A DNA stretch of 64,000 nucleotides from an uncultured Eubacteriales bacterium. GTDB taxonomy: Bacteria; Bacillota; Clostridia; Christensenellales; CAG-138. The stretch lies in NCBI GenBank assembly GCA_942492885.1, contig OW818651.1:66181-130180 (forward strand). The letters run 5' to 3'. The notes beneath the pieces are model-generated. The model saw only the letters and a list, made by a program, of their open reading frames with translations, was not told the origin of the DNA and made no database searches. Positions 29,581-39,082 of this stretch are shown piece by piece. Position numbers and translations under genes: made by a program. The first letter of the stretch is position 1. Each line of letters opens with the position of its first letter.

Positions 29581-30939
29581 ATGTTTGCGGACGTACTCAT
29601 CGCCGAGATCGGCTCCACCACCACGCTGGTCAGCGCGTTTGCCCTCGGCGACGCGCCGCATCTGCTTGGGCAAGGGCAGGCGGCGACGACGGTGCTCGAA
29701 GGCGACGTACGCACGGGGCTCAACCGCGCAATCGACGCGCTGAAGACAAATCTCGGTACGGCTCAACTCGAATACGGCGAGTTGCTTGCCTCGTCCAGCG
29801 CGGCGGGGGGATTAAAGATGTGCGTCCACGGGCTGGTCTATGACATGACGGTCAACGCGGCGCGCGCGGCGGCGCTCGGTGCGGGCGCAATCGTGCGCCA
29901 GACCACGGCGGGCAGGCTCACAGACGCAGACCTTGCTGAACAGCGCGCGATCAAACCCAACCTGATTCTGCTCGCAGGCGGAACCGACGGCGGAGAGCGC
30001 GAGACCGCACTTTACAACGCCAACCGCATCGCGCAGGAGGGTACGGGCGCACCCGTACTCTACGCGGGCAATGCGCAAAATCAAGGCGCGATCCGCAGTA
30101 TATTCGAGCAAGCACACGTTCCATTTTACATCGCAGAGAACGTATACCCGCGGCTCGATGCGCTGAATATCGAGCCGGTGCGGCGCGTGATCCACACCGC
30201 GTTTGAGAAGCACATCATATCCGCACCCGGCATGGAGCACATCCGCGATCTGGTCACGGGTTCCATCCTGCCCACGCCCGGCGCCGTCATGGAAGCCGCG
30301 ATGCTATTGTATGAGGAGATCGGCGATCTGTGCGTGCTTGACATCGGCGGCGCGACGACGGACGTACACTCGGTCACTCAGGGATCAGACGAAATTGCGC
30401 AGCTGCTCACCGCGCCGGAACCGTTCAACAAACGCACGGTCGAGGGTGATCTGGGATTGTTCGTCAACGCGCACCATCTCGTGGAGCAAATCGACGAAGC
30501 GAAGCTTTCGAAAGAACTGGGGCTGGATATTCCCGCTGTCATGCGGGATTACCGCGCAATTCCAGTTTCAGCGGAGCAATTTGCCCTGACATCTCGACTG
30601 TGTTTGGAGGCGGGACTGACCGCGATCAGCCGTCACGCGGGCAGACTAAGACACTATTACACCCCGCAAGGACGAGCAACCGCCGCCGAGGGCAAAGATC
30701 TTACGCTCGTGAAAACCCTCATCGGAACGGGAGGCGCGCTGACAAGGTTACCGGAGCGGGAAACGATCCTCCGCAGACTTGCGGACTGCAACACGGGCGG
30801 TACGATGCTCTACCCTAAGCCCGGGAGCATGCGGCTCGCGTTTGACGAGAGCTACATCATGGCGTCTCTCGGCGTGCTGGCTAAGACAAACCCGCTAGCG
30901 GCAAAAGCGCTATTAAAAAGCACATTGCGATTCCAGTAA
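29581..30939 (+). CDS. GlmL/MutL-like putative aminomutase reactivase (ASKHA-fold)
   Basis: 452 aa starting VLIAEIGSTTT. An acetate/sugar-kinase-like ATPase pattern recurs at LDIGGATTD. It sits between oraE and orr, as in described ornithine fermentation clusters. Confidence 0.65.
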   Translation: MFADVLIAEIGSTTTLVSAFALGDAPHLLGQGQAATTVLEGDVRTGLNRAIDALKTNLGTAQLEYGELLASSSAAGGLKMCVHGLVYDMTVNAARAAALGAGAIVRQTTAGRLTDADLAEQRAIKPNLILLAGGTDGGERETALYNANRIAQEGTGAPVLYAGNAQNQGAIRSIFEQAHVPFYIAENVYPRLDALNIEPVRRVIHTAFEKHIISAPGMEHIRDLVTGSILPTPGAVMEAAMLLYEEIGDLCVLDIGGATTDVHSVTQGSDEIAQLLTAPEPFNKRTVEGDLGLFVNAHHLVEQIDEAKLSKELGLDIPAVMRDYRAIPVSAEQFALTSRLCLEAGLTAISRHAGRLRHYYTPQGRATAAEGKDLTLVKTLIGTGGALTRLPERETILRRLADCNTGGTMLYPKPGSMRLAFDESYIMASLGVLAKTNPLAAKALLKSTLRFQ

Positions 30940-30961
30940 TCATTTTTTCAGGGGATACAGT

Positions 30962-32032
30962 ATGGCAAGTTACCCGCGCATCACGGCGGATTTAGCAAAA
31001 ATCAAACACAATATCGATGCTTTGTGCACACTCTGTTACGAAAACGGTGTGTCGATTGCCGCTGTCACCAAGGTGGTCTGCGCGGATGAACGCATCGTAA
31101 ACGTGCTCGAAAACAGCGCGGCTAGCATGCTGGCCGACGCGCGCACGGAAAATCTTGCGCGGCTCAAGACGAACAAGCCCAAGCTCCTTTTGCGCGCGCC
31201 GGCGCCAGAGGAGGCAGACGAAGCAGTCGAACTCGCCGACATTAGCCTTGTTTCGGAGATAGCGACCATTCGCGCGCTGGGCAAAGCCGCGCGCACGGCG
31301 GGGAAGACGCACCAGATCATACTGATGGTCGATCTCGGCGATCTGCGCGAAGGACTGCTCTTTTTGGAACGGGAGATGATCTATCGCGCGGCGGACGCGG
31401 CAAAGGCGGAGGACGGGATCGAGCTGGTCGGCGTCGGAACCAACCTCACCTGCTATGGCGCGATCATTCCGGACGAAACCAACCTCGGCGAACTCTGCCT
31501 GATCGCGGAGGAGTTGCGCGCGCGCACGGGGCTGCCCATCCCGATTGTCTCCGGCGGAAACTCCAGCTCGCTGGGGCTACTCAAACGCGGGATGGTGCCG
31601 GAGGGGGTTAACCATCTCAGGCTCGGCGAGTCGATCCTACTCGGAAACGACACCGCCGCCTGCCGCGTGATGAACGGGCTCTACGGCGACGCGTTTACGC
31701 TCTCTACCCGGCTCATCGAGGTGCAGCGAAAGCCATCCGTGCCCATCGGCGAAAGCGGGGCAAACGCGTTCGGCGAACACCCGACGTTTGAGAGCCTCGG
31801 CGATCAGGTACGCGGCATCTGCAAGATTGGGCGACAGGATACCGTGGCGGATGGACTCACTCCGCGTGACGGCGACATCAAGATCATCGGCGCGAGTTCG
31901 GATCACCTGATCGTCGACCTCACCAACGCGAAGGAATATCGTGTGGGCGATGTTCTGGATTTCACGCCGGACTACGGTGCGCTGCTTCGGGCTTACACGA
32001 GCGCATATGTCTTTCGTGATTACACTGAATAA
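30962..32032 (+). CDS. orr: Ornithine racemase (alanine-racemase-fold PLP enzyme)
   Basis: 356 aa with the N-terminal PLP-lysine context IAAVTKVVC. It is the last gene of the cluster. Confidence 0.75.
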   Translation: MASYPRITADLAKIKHNIDALCTLCYENGVSIAAVTKVVCADERIVNVLENSAASMLADARTENLARLKTNKPKLLLRAPAPEEADEAVELADISLVSEIATIRALGKAARTAGKTHQIILMVDLGDLREGLLFLEREMIYRAADAAKAEDGIELVGVGTNLTCYGAIIPDETNLGELCLIAEELRARTGLPIPIVSGGNSSSLGLLKRGMVPEGVNHLRLGESILLGNDTAACRVMNGLYGDAFTLSTRLIEVQRKPSVPIGESGANAFGEHPTFESLGDQVRGICKIGRQDTVADGLTPRDGDIKIIGASSDHLIVDLTNAKEYRVGDVLDFTPDYGALLRAYTSAYVFRDYTE

Positions 32033-32059
32033 ACGGCTGAGATCGAATGACACGCAAAT

Positions 32060-32095
32060 AAAAACGGACGGCTGATGCCGTCCGTTTGTGTTTGA
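32060..32095. terminator. Bidirectional terminator after orr
   Basis: Stem acggacggc (32064-32072) pairs with gccgtccgt (32078-32086), with an A-run before and a T-rich tract after. Confidence 0.75.
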
Positions 32096-32111
32096 TGCGC
32101 TGATAAGCGTT

Positions 32112-32990
32112 TTATGGGGCTACGGGTGCGGGGGATTCCGGAACGATGACTTCTTCCCAGACGGGGCTCGTCTCCATGGTGTCTTTAAGTTCTTCGAAGC
32201 CATCTTCATTGTTGTAAAGCGTGGTCATGTAGAAACCGACGCGGCTGTCGTTATAGGGGTGTTTTTGCGTGTATTCGACCCAGTTGCCGGTTTCGTCGTT
32301 GTAGACGAGGTTGGTCGACCATTGATTGCCGGAGCGGTCAGAATTCTGTGTGGTGTAGATCACGGGCACATACACGCTGCCAAGCCCGCTCATATAAACC
32401 TGCACATACAGGGTTTTGCTCTGCTGATATTGCGTCGCATCCACAACCTCTTCTTCAAGCTGTTCCCAGCTTCCGCCAAGGTCGGCGAGCAGCTTGGTGC
32501 GCATGGCGTCGTTGCCAAGGGAGTTGTTGCTTGCGTCGAGCAGGGCGCGTTTTTCCGCCGTGGTGCTGCAGGCGTAGAAATCGTTGAGCAGCGTGTTGGC
32601 GCGCTCCAAAAGACGGATTGCGGTGGATGTTTTCGGCGTCGGTACCGGGGTGGGTGTCGGCGTCGGCGTCGGTGTAGGTGTGGGTTCTTCCGGTACGGTG
32701 GTCGGTACATACGGCGTGGGTGTCGGCACAAACGGCGTTGCCGTCGGCATAGCCGGTGCGTTGGTGGCGGTCACTTCTTCGACGAGCGGAATTTCTTCTA
32801 CCACAAGCGGAATCACCTGCGCGTCTTCCTGGCTGGCGAGAGGAACCATTTCGTCCGCAATGACTTCGGTTTCGGCCTCATTCACGAGCTCGCTGATATT
32901 CGCCGGATTGGACGCGACGAGCGCGTTTGCGTCGCTGCAATTGTGCAGGGTTAGTGCGACTGCAACAACAAGCAGGATGATACCAATCAC
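32112..32990 (-). CDS. Hypothetical membrane-anchored protein with a Pro/Thr linker
   Basis: N-terminal transmembrane helix (IGIILLVVAVALTL), an acidic segment, a PTPTPTPTPTPTPVPTP linker, and a 170-aa C-terminal domain of unknown family. GTG start with no clear ribosome-binding site. Confidence 0.5.
   Translation of the reverse strand: MIGIILLVVAVALTLHNCSDANALVASNPANISELVNEAETEVIADEMVPLASQEDAQVIPLVVEEIPLVEEVTATNAPAMPTATPFVPTPTPYVPTTVPEEPTPTPTPTPTPTPVPTPKTSTAIRLLERANTLLNDFYACSTTAEKRALLDASNNSLGNDAMRTKLLADLGGSWEQLEEEVVDATQYQQSKTLYVQVYMSGLGSVYVPVIYTTQNSDRSGNQWSTNLVYNDETGNWVEYTQKHPYNDSRVGFYMTTLYNNEDGFEELKDTMETSPVWEEVIVPESPAPVAP
32645..32690 (-). repeat. Degenerate 6-nt tandem repeat encoding the (PT)n linker
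   Basis: ggggtgggtgtcggcgtcggcgtcggtgtaggtgtgggt on the plus strand. Confidence 0.8.
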
Positions 32991-33361
32991 AAGCAGGATT
33001 TATTTTCAGACTTCTCTTGTTCATAACGGTTACTTGATCGTCCTTTTTCTTTGTTCTGCTGTTAGCATACGCATCTGTCGTTACATTGGCGTTACGAACG
33101 AGAAAGTTTTTAAAATTTCAAAAATCATGATTTCTCTTGCAAAAGTCATACACAAAAACGACAGATATACAGAAAAGATCATGGCAGTTGCTGCAAACAG
33201 GAGCATCGCTCAAGGTTCATGCAAAATTTGTCCATCACATAGAATCATAACGAAGTAACATTCTCCTGATTTGTGAAGAATTCTTTGAGTTTTTGCTTGC
33301 GATACAAAGAATGTGTTTACGCAGACGAAAAAATGCTAAGTCAATGTGATACGAATGCAAC

Positions 33362-33393
33362 AAAAAGCCGCCGAAACACATCGTTCAGCGGCT
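33362..33393. terminator. Terminator downstream of the patB/malY-like gene
   Basis: Stem agccgc pairs with gcggct, with an A-run (33362-33366) and a T-run on either side. Confidence 0.55.
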
Positions 33394-33416
33394 TTTCGTA
33401 CCAAGCAAATAATATA

Positions 33417-34577
33417 TTATTCGAGTGCGTGGCAGATGCGATCCAAACCCTCACGCACCGTGCTTCTGGGACTAGCGAGATTGACTCGCATACAACAGCT
33501 TGCGTTGTCGACAAAGTCTTCGCCGAACTGTACAAACACGCCCGCCTCGGAAACACGCCGCTTGAGCTCCTGCTCGCTGAGTCCATAGCCGGAGAGATCG
33601 ACCCAAGCCAGATACGTACCCTGCGAAACGGTGAACACTGCCTTTGGCATACGCTCAGCCAGCATCCCTTTCATCATCGCAAAACTCTCGTCCAGATAAT
33701 CGCGCAGTTCTTCCAGCCAGTCATCCGAGCGGTCATATGCCGCAATCGTCGCCTCGTTGGAGAGCGCGTTGGGGTGTCCGTTATAGTAGTTCTTCGTCCA
33801 GTCTCGGCGTAGCGTTTCGTCGGGGATGAAAAGATGCGCGTGATTGTTTCCCGCGAGATTAAAGCTCTTGCTGGGGCTCGTGCAGGTGATGATGCGCTTC
33901 TCGGCGGGATAGAGCTTTTGCAGCGGGATGTGCGTGAAACCCTTTCGCGTCAAATCCTCGTGGATTTCGTCGCTGACGACAAACACATCGTTTGAAAAGC
34001 AGAGCTTGCCGAGGCGGCGCAGCTCCGTTTCGGTGAAGACGCACCCGGTGGGGTTATGCGGGTCGCAATGAAAAAACATCGTGCAATTCGGTCGGCTCAG
34101 TTTCGCCGAGAGATCGGCAAAATCGATGAGCCAGTTGCCGTCCTGCTGGATCATCCGCGAATAGAGCGGCACGCGCCCTTGCTTTTTCACCGACTCGTCA
34201 AATGGGCGGTAGGCGGGCGTGAGGAAGCAGACCTCGTCGCCCGGCTTTGTCAGGCGCGCAACCGCGGCATAGAGCGCGGCGACGATGCCCGCGGAGTAGA
34301 CGATCTGCCCTGCATCCGCGTTCCAGTCAAACCGGCGCTCCATCCAGCGGCAGGCGCTCGCTTTGCAGGCTGCGCTCAGGTCGGTATAGCCGAATATCTT
34401 CCGCTCAAGCCGCGTTTGCATGGCGTTGAGGATCTCCGGCGCACAGGCAAAATCCATATCCGCCACCCAGAGCGGGATGTGGTCCTTGGGTAGATACGGG
34501 TTGATCTTTTCGCCCGCTTCTAGCTTGATGCTGTCGGTTCCCGTACGGTCGACGATTTCGTCAAAGTGAAATTTCAT
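33417..34577 (-). CDS. MalY/PatB-family PLP-dependent C-S lyase (cystathionine beta-lyase-type aminotransferase)
   Basis: MKFHFDEIVDRTGTDSIKLE start, aminotransferase class I/II features, SPSKSFNLAG PLP-lysine motif. GGAGAG ribosome-binding site before ATG 34577. Confidence 0.85.
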   Translation of the reverse strand: MKFHFDEIVDRTGTDSIKLEAGEKINPYLPKDHIPLWVADMDFACAPEILNAMQTRLERKIFGYTDLSAACKASACRWMERRFDWNADAGQIVYSAGIVAALYAAVARLTKPGDEVCFLTPAYRPFDESVKKQGRVPLYSRMIQQDGNWLIDFADLSAKLSRPNCTMFFHCDPHNPTGCVFTETELRRLGKLCFSNDVFVVSDEIHEDLTRKGFTHIPLQKLYPAEKRIITCTSPSKSFNLAGNNHAHLFIPDETLRRDWTKNYYNGHPNALSNEATIAAYDRSDDWLEELRDYLDESFAMMKGMLAERMPKAVFTVSQGTYLAWVDLSGYGLSEQELKRRVSEAGVFVQFGEDFVDNASCCMRVNLASPRSTVREGLDRICHALE

Positions 34578-34714
34578 TCTTGTTCTCTCCATATAATAAA
34601 CTTTGATTGATCGCGCAATCATCAGAAGTGTCGTTCACAAAAAAAGCATTGCGAATCCAGTATAGTCAAATCGTGAAGGAAATGCAAAATCGTCGTTAAA
34701 GTTATTAATAGCGA

Positions 34715-34742
34715 TTGCAATGTTATCCTGCGTTGCTATAAT
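34715..34742 (+). promoter_or_regulatory. Sigma-A-type promoter upstream of the RHH gene and clpB
   Basis: TTGCAA (34715-34720), 16-nt spacer, TATAAT (34737-34742). The -35 element is embedded in the 8-bp palindrome ATTGCAAT (34714-34721). Confidence 0.55.
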
Positions 34743-34770
34743 AAAGGCAAGAGACCGCGAGGTGATAATC

Positions 34771-35412
34771 ATGAACAAAAGCGTGTATTCGCTCGTCCTT
34801 TCAGACGAAATCGTGCAGGAAATCGACCGCATGGCATATGAGGCGGGCGCGAGTCGGTCGGCAATGATCAATCAGGTGTTGGCTGACTTTGTGCGCTATA
34901 CCACGCCGGAGAAGCGCATGCGCGAGGTGTTTTCCGCCATCGAGCAGATGATGCTTGGCGGTGTGTTTGAGCCGCAGTTGCAGCCGTCGGAGTCGATGTT
35001 TTCCCTGCGCAGCGCGCTGGACTATAAATACAACCCCAGCGTGCGCTATAGTGTCGAGCTTTACAAAAACGCGCGTCCGCTGCTGGGCGAGTTGCGCGTT
35101 TCGGTGCGCAGCCAAAACAGCGCGCTGGTGCTCGCGATGCTTCAGTTTTTCAAGCTCTGGACGCGAATTGAGAACACCTACATAGGTCGCGTAGAGTGCG
35201 CAATGGAGGACGGGCGGTATCTTCGCAAACTGCGCCTGACCGACGACAAGCTCACCAACGAGCAAATCGGCGCGGGTATTGCGGGATACATCAATCTGCT
35301 GGATTCCGCGCTCAAACAGTATTTTGAAACTATACACGAACCCGCCTTGGCCGTGAACAGCGTTGAAAAACGCTATGTCAACTACATCCACAGTGGCAGC
35401 ATGATCTTGTAG
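34771..35412 (+). CDS. Ribbon-helix-helix (CopG/Arc-like) domain protein with an uncharacterised C-terminal domain
   Basis: N-terminus MNKSVYSLVLSDEIVQEIDRMAYEAGASRSAMINQVLADFV fits a beta-strand/helix/helix RHH pattern. GAGGTGA ribosome-binding site. It ends 15 nt before clpB. Confidence 0.55.
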   Translation: MNKSVYSLVLSDEIVQEIDRMAYEAGASRSAMINQVLADFVRYTTPEKRMREVFSAIEQMMLGGVFEPQLQPSESMFSLRSALDYKYNPSVRYSVELYKNARPLLGELRVSVRSQNSALVLAMLQFFKLWTRIENTYIGRVECAMEDGRYLRKLRLTDDKLTNEQIGAGIAGYINLLDSALKQYFETIHEPALAVNSVEKRYVNYIHSGSMIL

Positions 35413-35427
35413 TAGGAGGTGACGGAT

Positions 35428-38022
35428 ATGAACGTCAATCAGCTAACACAAAAAAGCATTGAGGCGGTGCAGAATGCGCAGCAGATCGCCAGCGAGCGAA
35501 AGAACACCGAGGTGGCGCAGGTTCACCTGTTGTTTGCGCTGCTTGCCCAGCCGGACGGGTTGATCGGCAGCATCCTCACCGCCACGGGCGTGGACTTAGC
35601 CCGCTTGCGTCAGGAAGCGGATCGGGAAGTAAACGCGCTTCCAACCTACAGCACAGGATCGGGTTCCGATCAGATCTATGTTTCGCAGGACTTAAACATT
35701 GCGCTCAATGAGGCGGAGAAGCGCGCCAAGGAGATGGGCGATCAGTATGTATCGGTCGAGCACCTGTTTTTAGGCTTGCTTAAAAAAGCAAACGATACGC
35801 TCAAGAAGCTCTATGCGCGCAACGACGTCACCGAAAAAGCGTTTGTCGAGCAACTCAAGGTCGTCCGCGGCAACAAACCGGTGACCACCGACAACCCCGA
35901 GAACACATATGACGTACTCGCCAAATACGGGCAGGATTTGGTTGAGCTCGCGCGCAATCAAAAGCTCGATCCCGTGATCGGGCGTGACGACGAGATCCGC
36001 AGTGTGATTCGCATTCTCTCGCGTAAGACGAAGAACAACCCTGTGCTCATCGGCGAACCGGGCGTGGGCAAAACCGCGATTGCGGAGGGGCTTGCGCTGC
36101 GCATCGTGCGCAGAGACGTGCCGGACAACCTGAAAGACCGTAAGGTGTTCGCGCTGGACATGGGCGCGCTGATCGCGGGCGCAAAATTTCGCGGCGAGTT
36201 TGAGGAGCGACTCAAATCCGTGCTCAACGAGATCAAGGAGAGCGACGGACGCATCATCCTGTTTATCGACGAGCTGCACAACATCGTCGGCGCGGGCAAG
36301 ACCGAAGGCGCGATGGACGCGGGAAATCTCTTAAAGCCCATGCTCGCGCGCGGCGAGCTGCACTGCATCGGCGCCACCACGCTCGACGAATACCGCCAGT
36401 ACATCGAAAAAGATGCGGCGCTGGAGCGCAGGTTTCAACCCGTGCTGGTCGAGGAACCCACCGTGGAGGACACGATCTCGATCCTGCGTGGACTAAAGGA
36501 GCGCTATGAGGTGTTCCACGGCGTGAAGATTCAGGATGCGGCGCTGATCGCAGCGGCGACATTGTCGCACCGCTATATATCTGACCGATTCCTGCCGGAC
36601 AAAGCCATCGACCTTGTGGACGAAGCCTGTGCGCTCATCAAAACCGAGCTCGACAGCATGCCGATGGAGCTCGACACCGCCAGCCGTAAGATCATGCAGC
36701 TGGAGATTGAGGAAGCAGCGCTCAAGAAGGAGACGAACAAACTCAGCCGCGAGCATATGGAGGAGATCCAGCGCGAGCTGGCGGAGCTGCGCGCGAACTT
36801 CAACGAGATGAAATCCAAGTGGGAAAACGAGAAATCCGCCCTCGGAAAAGTGCAGCAGCTGCGCGAGGAGCTGGAGCGCACCAACGCGGAGATTGTCAAA
36901 GCGGAGAGCGCCTATGACCTCAACAAAGCAGCGGAACTGAAATACGGCAAGCTGCCGCAGCTGATCGCCGATCTGGAACGGGAGGAAAAGCTCGCAGAGA
37001 GCGGCGCGCATGAGGCCACGTATCTTCACGATCGCGTGAGCGAGGAGGAGATCGCGCGCATCGTCGCCCGCTGGACAGGAATCCCTGTTTCGCGGCTGAT
37101 TGAAGGCGAACGCGAGAAGCTTTTGCGCTTGCCGGAGATCCTGCATCAGCGTGTGATCGGGCAGGACGAGGCGGTGGATCGCGTCAGCGACGCCATCCTG
37201 CGCTCCCGCGCGGGCATACAAGACCCCGATCGTCCCATCGGCTCGTTCCTGTTCCTTGGGCCTACGGGCGTGGGCAAGACGGAGCTGGCCAAGGCGCTTG
37301 CGCAGGCGCTCTTTGACGACGAGAAGAACATGGTGCGCATCGATATGTCCGAATACATGGAGAAATTCAGCGTTAGCCGGCTCATCGGTGCGCCTCCGGG
37401 ATATGTTGGCTACGATGAAGGCGGCCAGCTGACCGAGGCCGTGCGCAGAAAGCCGTATGCCGTCGTGCTGTTTGATGAGGTGGAAAAAGCACATCCGGAC
37501 GTACTCAACGTGCTCCTGCAGGTGCTCGACGACGGGCGCATTACGGACGGGCAGGGCAGGACGGTGGATTTCAAGAATGCCATCCTGATCTTGACCAGCA
37601 ACCTGGGTTCGGATGTGATTCTGGAGGGCATCGACCGCGACGGATGCATCACTGACGGGGCAAGAGACCTTGTACTCCAGATGCTCAAGCAGTCGTTCCG
37701 TCCGGAATTCCTCAACCGCCTCGACGAGATCGTGTTCTACCGCCCGTTGACAAAGCCAGATCTGATTCAGATCGTCGACCTGCTGATTGCAGACCTCGGC
37801 AAGCGGCTCAGCGCACGCCAGCTCAAGGTGGATGTCACCGACGCGGCAAAGGAGTATATTGTGGACGAGGGCAGCGACCCGCTCTACGGCGCGCGCCCGC
37901 TCAAACGATATCTGCAAAGCAAGGTTGAGACGTTGCTGGCGCGAAAGATCATCGCAAGCGACATCGCACCCGACACGACACTTGTGATAGACAAAAACGA
38001 AACCGGACTTTACGTGCGCTAA
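35428..38022 (+). CDS. clpB: ATP-dependent chaperone/disaggregase ClpB
   Basis: Two AAA+ modules ([10 protein letters not shown] and [12 protein letters not shown] Walker A motifs) and a long coiled-coil middle domain. AGGAGG lies 8 nt before ATG 35428. Confidence 0.93.
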   Translation: MNVNQLTQKSIEAVQNAQQIASERKNTEVAQVHLLFALLAQPDGLIGSILTATGVDLARLRQEADREVNALPTYSTGSGSDQIYVSQDLNIALNEAEKRAKEMGDQYVSVEHLFLGLLKKANDTLKKLYARNDVTEKAFVEQLKVVRGNKPVTTDNPENTYDVLAKYGQDLVELARNQKLDPVIGRDDEIRSVIRILSRKTKNNPVLIGEPGVGKTAIAEGLALRIVRRDVPDNLKDRKVFALDMGALIAGAKFRGEFEERLKSVLNEIKESDGRIILFIDELHNIVGAGKTEGAMDAGNLLKPMLARGELHCIGATTLDEYRQYIEKDAALERRFQPVLVEEPTVEDTISILRGLKERYEVFHGVKIQDAALIAAATLSHRYISDRFLPDKAIDLVDEACALIKTELDSMPMELDTASRKIMQLEIEEAALKKETNKLSREHMEEIQRELAELRANFNEMKSKWENEKSALGKVQQLREELERTNAEIVKAESAYDLNKAAELKYGKLPQLIADLEREEKLAESGAHEATYLHDRVSEEEIARIVARWTGIPVSRLIEGEREKLLRLPEILHQRVIGQDEAVDRVSDAILRSRAGIQDPDRPIGSFLFLGPTGVGKTELAKALAQALFDDEKNMVRIDMSEYMEKFSVSRLIGAPPGYVGYDEGGQLTEAVRRKPYAVVLFDEVEKAHPDVLNVLLQVLDDGRITDGQGRTVDFKNAILILTSNLGSDVILEGIDRDGCITDGARDLVLQMLKQSFRPEFLNRLDEIVFYRPLTKPDLIQIVDLLIADLGKRLSARQLKVDVTDAAKEYIVDEGSDPLYGARPLKRYLQSKVETLLARKIIASDIAPDTTLVIDKNETGLYVR

Positions 38023-38030
38023 CGCAAGTA

Positions 38031-38066
38031 AAAAAAGCGGCGCTCCGTCAGGAGCGCCGCTTTTTG
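38031..38066. terminator. Bidirectional terminator after clpB
   Basis: Stem gcggcgctcc (38037-38046) pairs with ggagcgccgc (38051-38060), with an A-run before and TTTTT after. Confidence 0.85.
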
Positions 38067-38078
38067 ATTGTTCTTTAC

Positions 38079-38498
38079 TTAAAACGCATCCGGCAGTTCG
38101 ATCTCAGAATACAGCAATCGAATCGACAGATCTTCATACACCATAAACTCATAATACGCCGTGCCTTCTGCGCTGCTGTTAAGGCCGTCCCAATCCAGAC
38201 TGTGTACATAATACAGCCGCACGGTGGCAACGCCCGGCACAACGCCCGCAAACGCGTTTTCCAGCACGCCGCTTGCGCCCAGGAGTGCATAGGTTTCGTC
38301 GTCGCGATACGTTTGCCCGATATAGACCTGACCCGTGTTGCTGCTGCTGGCGCGCGCAACCCATGTGTATCCGCTCGCCTGATCACAGGGCAGCGTATCC
38401 ACGTACGTGACCTCCGGTTGTTTCCGGCAGCCAAAGAGGGCTACGCTCGTCAGCACAATCAGCGCGATCAACAGCGTTTTTTTCAGGATTTTCATCAT
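38079..38498 (-). CDS. Predicted lipoprotein, chagasin-like (I42 family) peptidase-inhibitor fold
   Basis: Signal peptide with lipobox MMKILKKTLLIALIVLTSVALFGC. The motif ASGYTWV resembles the I42 NPTTGY(S/T)W loop, and a later GASGVL..F..V.PG segment also fits. The track start 38627 is over-extended. Confidence 0.45.
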   Translation of the reverse strand: MMKILKKTLLIALIVLTSVALFGCRKQPEVTYVDTLPCDQASGYTWVARASSSNTGQVYIGQTYRDDETYALLGASGVLENAFAGVVPGVATVRLYYVHSLDWDGLNSSAEGTAYYEFMVYEDLSIRLLYSEIELPDAF

Positions 38499-38697
38499 GA
38501 CAGAACCCTTTCGCAGGTGCGTGCGGTTCCGGTTGCGTCCCCCGTCCAAGCGGGCGCGGGTGAGTGTTGTTTCATTCATTAAGTGTATTATGCCATATAA
38601 CACACTAAACAGCAACCTTTTGACCACATTTCATCGATTCTACATATATGACAAACTCTGCATAGACTATATGACGAAAAATATTTCAAAAATGTGC

Positions 38698-38726
38698 TTG
38701 ACGGGATGAAACACATCATATATAAT
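38698..38726 (+). promoter_or_regulatory. Consensus sigma-A promoter for the trpB leader
   Basis: TTGACG (38698-38703), 17-nt spacer, TATAAT (38721-38726). Confidence 0.7.
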
Positions 38727-38732
38727 TCCGCC

Positions 38733-38998
38733 ATAAGCTGTGAAGCGGAGATAACGGACGAATACGACCTCTTAGAGAGCAGGGGCGCTGGTGAAAGCCC
38801 CGCAGGAAACGATCGTTCAAATGGACCGCCGAGCGCGCAGGGGAACATGAGTATCCTGCGACGGGTCGTGACCGTTACATCGCGGGGAATGTGTTGGCAT
38901 TTCCGTAAAGAGCCCGATTTTCTGAATCGGGAAACAAGGTGGCACCGCGAGAGCATCGTCCTTGTTTCGGCGTAAGCGTCGAGACGAGGGCGTTTTTG
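38733..38998 (+). promoter_or_regulatory. T-box leader with Trp (UGG) specifier
   Basis: AGAGAG bulge (38774-38779), distal loop CTGGTGAAAG, and specifier context AAA-TGG-A (TGG at 38822-38824). T-box core GAAACAAGGTGGCACCGCGAG (38931-38951). The GAAACAAGG segment can pair with CCTTGTTTC (38960-38968) as an antiterminator. The competing 12-bp terminator stem spans 38957-38992 and is followed by a T-run. Confidence 0.8.
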
Positions 38999-39082
38999 TT
39001 TGCCGCAAAACAAGAAACGAATAAAACAAATATGAGAAAGGACGAAAGTCCGCGGCCAACGGCGGGCGAAGGAACAAACACC

